Source: Psammoneis japonica
Lineage: Eukaryota
Direction of reading: 5' to 3'
Length of the DNA stretch: 64,000 nucleotides
NCBI GenBank assembly: GCA_008632985.1
Contig: QPGO01000022.1
Span: forward strand, 186,001-250,000
Shown: positions 57,887 through 64,000 of the stretch, one piece after another
Layout of the letters: every line of letters begins with the position of its first letter
Position numbering within the stretch: the stretch's first letter is position 1
The notes under the pieces: generated by a model
What the model saw: the letters and a program-made list of their open reading frames with translations, nothing else
Databases searched by the model: none
Told to the model about the DNA's origin: nothing
Made by a program: the position numbers and the translations under genes

Positions 57887-59746
57887 ATGTTGCTCTTGTC
57901 GTGGAACGTCGCGGGTCTCTCGAAAACGGTGCAACGAATTGACGAAGCGTACGGATCTGACAGCAGAGTAACCTCGAAAACAGCCGCTAGCAAGAGGAAA
58001 GCAGCTCCCTCCGCCTCGTTGTTGTACTACTTTGAAAAGCACAAAGCAGATGTTGTCTGTCTCCAAGAACACAAGATCCCATTATCACAACTATCCGCCC
58101 GATCAGAACCACGAGGTTGCTCCACTGTGGAAGGATATGAGTCGTTTTGGTCGTGTTGTATCGGTAAGAGCCAGCGGGGTTTCAACGGTGTTTGCACTTA
58201 TGCAAGAAAGGGTATGGTGATATCTGCGAATAGTTCACCTCTAGGGGATAAAGAGTTGGATGATCAAGGACGATGTGTGATGGTTGATCTAATGCTGAAA
58301 GAAGAGGGCGATCTTAATGGGACTATCGTTGCTTTATTCAACGTATATGTTCCTGCCATGGGTGGTCAGTCTCTTTCGTTTAGAATGAAGTTCTTGCGTG
58401 CGTTGCGAAGAGCTATGCGTTATCAACGAGAGGTACTGAAGAAAAAAATCATACTCGTTGGCGATCTTAACATTGCTCATACATCCAGAGATCGATATTG
58501 GAAGAGTCGGACGTTGCACGTGAATAATGTTTTGAATGAAGTCGCCCAAAAACAGCAAGAAGTACTGCCGAAATGGAAAGGAGATTTGGCGACAAGTTGG
58601 AACAAAATTGAATCATGCATGGAAACCAAGGAAGTAGTGTCGACAAAAACGACCAATACATTGACAGGGGCGAAATATGACAAGTTTCGATTGTGTGTTA
58701 CGGTTGACAATAGACGCGTTTTTCTTGGAAGACACGAATCATGTTCAAATCATTGTCGTTGGCAATACGAATTCGGCCAATGCACATATCTGGACAGTGA
58801 TACAGACCAAGAGCTCCCAGCTTGCGCAGAAAATACTCTTTCGGTAGGGATACTTGCGGAACTCATGGCCAAGATTGCGGGGGTAACATGGAGTGAGACT
58901 ACTCTTCGTGCAATCGCAGATACTGACGCAGGTGTTGCCGACTCGCCATCAGTTCGATGGCTTGACGAGGTGACTGAGAAGGACAACATGGTAGACAGCT
59001 TTCGGTTCTTCTACCCTACTGCAGAAGGTCGATTTACATGTTGGGACCAGTTTACGAATCGAAGATACTCAAACGAAGGAATTAGGCTCGACTATACGCT
59101 TGTTGACAGGTCATTGCTACCTTTCGTAGAAAAAGGGGACGTGTCATCCCTTCGCTGCTGTGGATTGGTGGCGGATGATCCCTTGAGTGAAGCCGCTGCT
59201 TTGGTGGCAGCTACAGCAAATGGTCGTTTCAAGCCTGTGTCGTTTGAGGGGGAGGGAATAGTCGAAGCTTCACGGGAAGCCCTTGATACACAGTTTGGGA
59301 CACCTCATTCTGGCATTGTCTACACTCCACCTTCGTTTTCAGATCATGTGGCCGTGACAGTACTCTTCAAGGACTCCACGTTCAGACAAGACTTGGCTTT
59401 AGATGAAATGGACCACAAAACGAAGAAAGCTCAGCCGCACAAATCTCAGAAGAGCATCTCGTCATTTTTCACCAGCAACAATGGCACAGGCATCGTGGCT
59501 ACCACTCAGTCGAAGCCAAATGTCGACAAGAACTTGAAGAGAATCAACTTTGGCGAGAAAGCACGGCAAGGAAGTTCAATCGCATCGTATTTTGCTCAGG
59601 GCCGGGACAGTTCGATCGATTCGCAGCAATCGACAAAGCGCCCGAAGCTTGTCCCAACAAGACAAAAGTCAAAGACCATGGCTACAAAACAAGCGAAGAA
59701 CAGGAAATCTAGTATTCTCCATCATTTTTTGAAGGAATGTATGTGA
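57887..59746 (+). CDS. APEX2: AP endonuclease 2 / exonuclease III family
   Basis: LSWNVAGL, VCLQEHK, LDDQGRC, FNVYVP, VGDLNIAH, FTCW..RLDY, SDHVAV and PIP box QKSISSFF. Confidence 0.88.
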   Translation: MLLLSWNVAGLSKTVQRIDEAYGSDSRVTSKTAASKRKAAPSASLLYYFEKHKADVVCLQEHKIPLSQLSARSEPRGCSTVEGYESFWSCCIGKSQRGFNGVCTYARKGMVISANSSPLGDKELDDQGRCVMVDLMLKEEGDLNGTIVALFNVYVPAMGGQSLSFRMKFLRALRRAMRYQREVLKKKIILVGDLNIAHTSRDRYWKSRTLHVNNVLNEVAQKQQEVLPKWKGDLATSWNKIESCMETKEVVSTKTTNTLTGAKYDKFRLCVTVDNRRVFLGRHESCSNHCRWQYEFGQCTYLDSDTDQELPACAENTLSVGILAELMAKIAGVTWSETTLRAIADTDAGVADSPSVRWLDEVTEKDNMVDSFRFFYPTAEGRFTCWDQFTNRRYSNEGIRLDYTLVDRSLLPFVEKGDVSSLRCCGLVADDPLSEAAALVAATANGRFKPVSFEGEGIVEASREALDTQFGTPHSGIVYTPPSFSDHVAVTVLFKDSTFRQDLALDEMDHKTKKAQPHKSQKSISSFFTSNNGTGIVATTQSKPNVDKNLKRINFGEKARQGSSIASYFAQGRDSSIDSQQSTKRPKLVPTRQKSKTMATKQAKNRKSSILHHFLKECM

Positions 59747-60660
59747 GTCGGGGTACTCGTACATCCTTTAGAGTGAGGTAGTGAGCGCTTTGTACTTTCA
59801 CAATCGTCGTCTTGTGGCGTATTTCTTGCCTCTACAATTATTGTACTGTCGCTTGCGGAGGGCTATGTTTCTTTGTCACGACCAATCAGTTAAGGATAAT
59901 GGAACTGCATTCTGCCATGTTCCAAGTACAGTTATGGGCATCTCTTCATGGTTCATATTCTACTTATCCGTGTTGGAAACCAAAACTTCATATTTCTTTG
60001 ATAGCGAACCTTCAAGCCATTGATCTTCTTGACGTAAACTATCATGTTGGTATAAACGGAATAGTCGAAAAGTGTTTACAATTGTAAACCAGAAAAAAGA
60101 GCTTCGTTTTAGCGACGGGGAAAAAACGCGTTTCCTCTTTTCACAGCACAAACAAGATAGAGGCAATCCAATTTTCCATTTCTAGCTAGCTATCTCCCTC
60201 CATAGTAAACGAGTTAGAGCCCTACATGCTACCAAGTAATGGCCTGCCAGGGCCCTCTCTCTACTCTAGCTACAGTAGAGAGCCTTTACTACTAGCTAGA
60301 GCAAGAGAGTAGTACAACTACAACAACTGAATGGCGGTTGGGGGCCGGCTGGTCTCTACTCTTATAAATCCTTGCCTGATACAAAGAGTTTGTTGCTGTT
60401 GCACTTATTACGGCCCTATGATTTTCCTGTTGGTCCCAGCTATATAAGTGCCGTAGTCTAACCCACTCTTTGTTATTGCATCATGCTGTGACCACCACTG
60501 GCACTTCTTCTACTGTATGTTGGTATGGGAGACTCGATGACATTACCACTATCCGATTGATGAAGAAGATTTTCTGTCATAGGGAAAGTGCCTTGGTGGG
60601 AAGAATGAACGGTGTTACAATTACTACAGAGCCTATTTTACAAATAATAATGTGGTTATC

Positions 60661-61544
60661 TCAAGCTGCGAACGCATGGTCCCGCGCTTGTGTATTTCGT
60701 TTTGCGGTGATTTGCGGTAGAGGACCTACTGCATACGTAGAACTTCCCCTGGGGTGAGGTGACAACTTTGCCTCCATTTCTTTGCTCCTCTTCAAAACTA
60801 CCATAGCTGAGTCGAGGATCAATTTGGCCTTTTCATTTTGAGTCACACCATGCTGAGTGTGAGTTTGTGGAAAACCAAGGAGCATGCGAGCCCGAGCAGA
60901 TACCAAGTTGTTGGTCAGCACCGAGTTGCGAGCCTTCGCAAGTGACAAGGGAGGAGACAACGACACAGGAGCAAGAAGACCAGATAAAGAGAATCCGTGC
61001 GGATATCTTTCAACGTACGGTGTTGACTGCAACGAGATATTGGTGTGATCTTGTCGTGGCGCAGTCAGCCCTGTCGCTTCCTTTTGCTTTTCTTGGGCGA
61101 CGTCTCGCGCGACGGCGAACTTTGCCCGGTCGTTCTTGCAGTACATCTGAGTACATAGGGTTTCATTATCTCTCTGGAAAAACTCATGGTAGTAAGCGCC
61201 TTGATCTGGACCTTTGTTGATCCGAGAAAAGTTCCAGCGGTTCAACTTTCGTGTGAAGCTGGGCCACTTGCTCTGCTTGAAGTAGCGAGGAAGGATCTCA
61301 CGCGCAAACCTTTGACGGTTCACGATCATGAAAGCTTTTCCGTTTGGCAGCCACTTAACCGCATCTTCGTTATCTTCATCTCCAAGAAGTTGCACTGTAA
61401 CGTGACCATTCACCTTGTAAGTATCAACGGAACACTGAAAAGCGACAAAAGCAAAATGACAACAACAGATGATGACTTACTTAAACGTTGCGGAAAGATT
61501 TTCGCATCGTCTCTATCACTCATGTTCCCGTTTTCGTTGTTCAT
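60661..61544 (-). CDS. Heat shock transcription factor (HSF DNA-binding domain); intron 61395-61480
   Basis: Spliced IFPQRLMQLL, then KWLPNGKAF, ILPRYFKQSKWPSFTRKLNRWNF and YYHEFFQRD. Confidence 0.9.
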
Positions 61545-61916
61545 GAAATATGGTTGTTCCGAAACTATTTTTGGGATTTATGAGAATGACCTCGTGGTGT
61601 TTTGTTGCGGGTTGTGTGAGAGAATTGTGATGAGTGTTTGTAAGTCAAAAGTTGGAAGTTAGTTGTACAGTACCCAGTACGGTAAGCTCGAAAAGAAATA
61701 ATAATGACGCGCGGGAGGGGAAAATGTCTTAACCGGTCTTTCCCAAGAAAATCGATTTATGCCCACTTTTCGCATCACCTACGTGCTTACTTGTACTCTA
61801 ATACAACATAATGCTGGAAGCATTGGAGACCGTCATTGTCGAATTATAGGTTTGTGAAATGACATTCTAAAAAAGACTTTTTCTGTACCTATGGAGGTCA
61901 TTTGATATTTCCCTTT

Positions 61917-62107
61917 TGGCACATGACCAATGATCTGAATGTCTTGCTATTTTGGAGCTGGGAGAGGAGTCAGGCAGGTTTCTAACAACGAGTAGGCCCT
62001 CACAGTGTAGGAGTAGTACTCTCTCATCTCTACTAGAGTCAGTCATACGTACCTACAGTATCGTATGTTTCGCATTCTGGCACATGACCAATGATCGGAA
62101 TGTCTTG
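61917..62107 (+). repeat. 30-bp direct repeat pair (61917-61946 and 62078-62107)
   Basis: tggcacatgaccaatgatc(t/g)gaatgtcttg, 29 of 30 bases identical. Confidence 0.9.
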
Positions 62108-64000
62108 TGGAGAAGACCAATGCCTTCTTCCTCTCTCCAGATGAATTTGCCAGAGCAGCAAGAGACACTGTCTTTGGATGCACATGCACGTGCTGCATTT
62201 TTTCAGCACAAAAGTTACGTAAACCACTTCATCAAAAGCAGCGCGTTGTGGGATTGCCAGAGACTGTTGCAGGATGCACTCACGCAGCATCTCCAGAGCA
62301 CAAAACACACAGCACTTGCACGCGACTTCATCAGGGTCATCACCAGTGGCTCGTGGCTCATTTTCTCTCAAGTGTTGCAGCCGAGATCTCCGTGGAACAG
62401 GCGCAGTGATGAAGCTTGCGGTCAACAGACTTGCTTGCACCATGTCTTCCACAAGACGACGACCTGGCTGTCCCACCCACCAGGTGAGGCCAACGAAAGA
62501 ACAACAACGAGGCAGTTGAGCCTCATTGTTTCGATTGTGACATTGCTGTTGCAGTCGAAACGATTTGTTTTCATGACAAGTGGTCATGTCTCTGCCTGTT
62601 GTGGCTGCACCCAACCCCATCAACTGCGAGACCATTTGTGGGTCCATGCCGGACCCATTGGCCGGAGACTGTCAAGCTCATTTAGAGCCTTTCTTGGCTG
62701 AGAGCGCCGAGGCCCCAGCTGCCCTGCGTGATGGCATGCTCATGGCTGGCAACAAGGTTCTCAAGGTCTTTGTGCACCTCGTGGGTGAGCCCACACCCAT
62801 TGTTCATGTGGTGCACCACACGATGTGCTGCACTCCTGTGCCAGGCCTCGCTGTGCCTTGGGACAACCGCTCTCACACTCTGGCTTCAGACATCAGCCCG
62901 AGCAACCAGGAGAGGTTGTGGTCATTGCCTGGACAGTCAACCCATTTGCATGCACACAACTGGTGAGAGTGCCCACCCCAAATGATGTGCAAAATCAGTG
63001 GGCAGCCATGGCTGGAGCAGACTGCCTCGGGCCCTGTGCCGCTGGGGAGCCCCACGTCAAGGAGGTGCGCACACGTTTCTTGGTGCCAACCCCGCCAGCC
63101 TGCTCGTCCCTCACTGCAGCCTGGCAGAACTTCACTCCACAACAGCTCTGGACAGATGTCATCCAACTCATCATTGCTGATGGTTGGGGAGCGGTGTGTG
63201 CCCCTCTGCTCGATTGGGCACACATGCAGCCTGCACTTGTCACACTGGCAATGCTGTGGGTGATCCAGACCAACCACCCACTGCATCACTGGCCATCCCC
63301 ATGGCCCCTGTTGCAGATGCATGTCTCAATCATTGTGTGTCTGGTCATGGCTCACTCAGGACTTGCCTGCTCTTGCCAATCATGCGGGCACCACGAATGC
63401 CATCCTGACCCACAGATGCTTCAGGCCATGCACACAGAGTTTGCCCAGCAGCACACCTGGGCTGCTGCCGCTTGCACCACAGAACATGCCCCAAAGTCAC
63501 CCACCAAAAACTCCCTCAGACAGTTGCTGGCATCCGTTGCATGTGTGAGGTCAATGCCAATGCAGGCTTGCCCGAGATGTGGCACATTCTTGCCGGGGCC
63601 AGCAAAGCGGAAGCTGTTTCCTCCATCCAAGCAATCCTGAATCAATGGGCACAGCAAGTTGGCACCACTTCCAATGCCCCCATCCTTGCACTGGAGCTGT
63701 TCAAGGGCCTGAATGGTTTTCAGCTGGGCAGCGCCGACCCTCAAGACTTCAACAGTGGACTGAGCATCTTTCTGACAATTGCGGGAACGAGCACCCAGTC
63801 CCAGCAAGCACCCACCCGCTCTTTCATCTTCCAGCAGTTGCGTGCCAGTGGAGCCATGCCGGCACTTTTGGACATGGTGCAATTTAACAACTTGGCCCCC
63901 ATCATCTCTGACAGTGCACTGAGTTTCCTGAGAACCTGCTGTGCCTGCGGCATCCTCCTCCTGGAGGTGGTCCCAGGACCAGCTCATCACCTGTTGCAGT
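62100..64000 (+). mobile_element. Decayed TpA/CpG-depleted element, possibly ORF1/gag of a diatom retroelement; runs off the window
   Basis: Same compositional signature as the Copia block. Broken plus-strand ORF with VRVPT..GPCAAGEPHVKEVRTRFLVP..FTPQQLW..ADG..CAPLLDW, reminiscent of diatom retroelement ORF1 from memory only. Confidence 0.5.

Noticed and set aside
1..59746. A functional cluster of genome-maintenance genes (SSRP1-like, CTC1, RAD51C-like, NTH-like, POLK, APE2)
   Set aside because: They are interspersed with unrelated housekeeping genes over 60 kb, and chance cannot be excluded without synteny data.
47530..62107. Direct repeats at 47530, 54545 and 61917 as CRISPR-like arrays
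   Set aside because: Only two copies each, no regular repeat-spacer structure, no cas genes, and a eukaryotic context.

Overview
This is eukaryotic, gene-dense DNA with short GT-AG introns. Bipartite plastid-targeting peptides (AAAFAP, SCAFL) and a CoDi-like Copia element point to a diatom or related stramenopile (inference). About 18 host genes are supported: SSRP1/Rtt106-like, CTC1-like, ABC transporter, NifS/SCLY-like, alpha-carbonic-anhydrase-like, M16 insulinase, HhH-GPD protein, DNA polymerase kappa, RPN8, UTP15, a chromatin-type protein, DUF179, SMYD, DapB, plastid TPI, an HMA/Cys-motif protein, APE2 and an HSF. The window also holds a RAD51C-like pseudogene, tRNA-Ala(AGC), a pogo-type transposase, a decayed Copia retrotransposon and one assembly gap. 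The most striking signal is compositional. Repeat-derived blocks (~12.95-14.6 kb, ~40.8-53.9 kb, ~62.1-64 kb, and partly the transposase at 36-39 kb) have lost almost all TpA as well as CpG, with both apparently converted to TpG/CpA. Conserved retrotransposon tyrosines read as Cys or His, and paired repeat copies differ by reciprocal TG/CA swaps. This suggests a repeat-targeted A:T->G:C hypermutation at TpA, which neither 5mC decay nor fungal RIP explains. A second candidate is an HMA-domain protein with two exact Cuf1/Mac1-type copper-sensing motifs. Several host genes carry 1-nt homopolymer frameshifts that are probably assembly errors. All counts are by hand and all family calls come from remembered motifs, not database searches.
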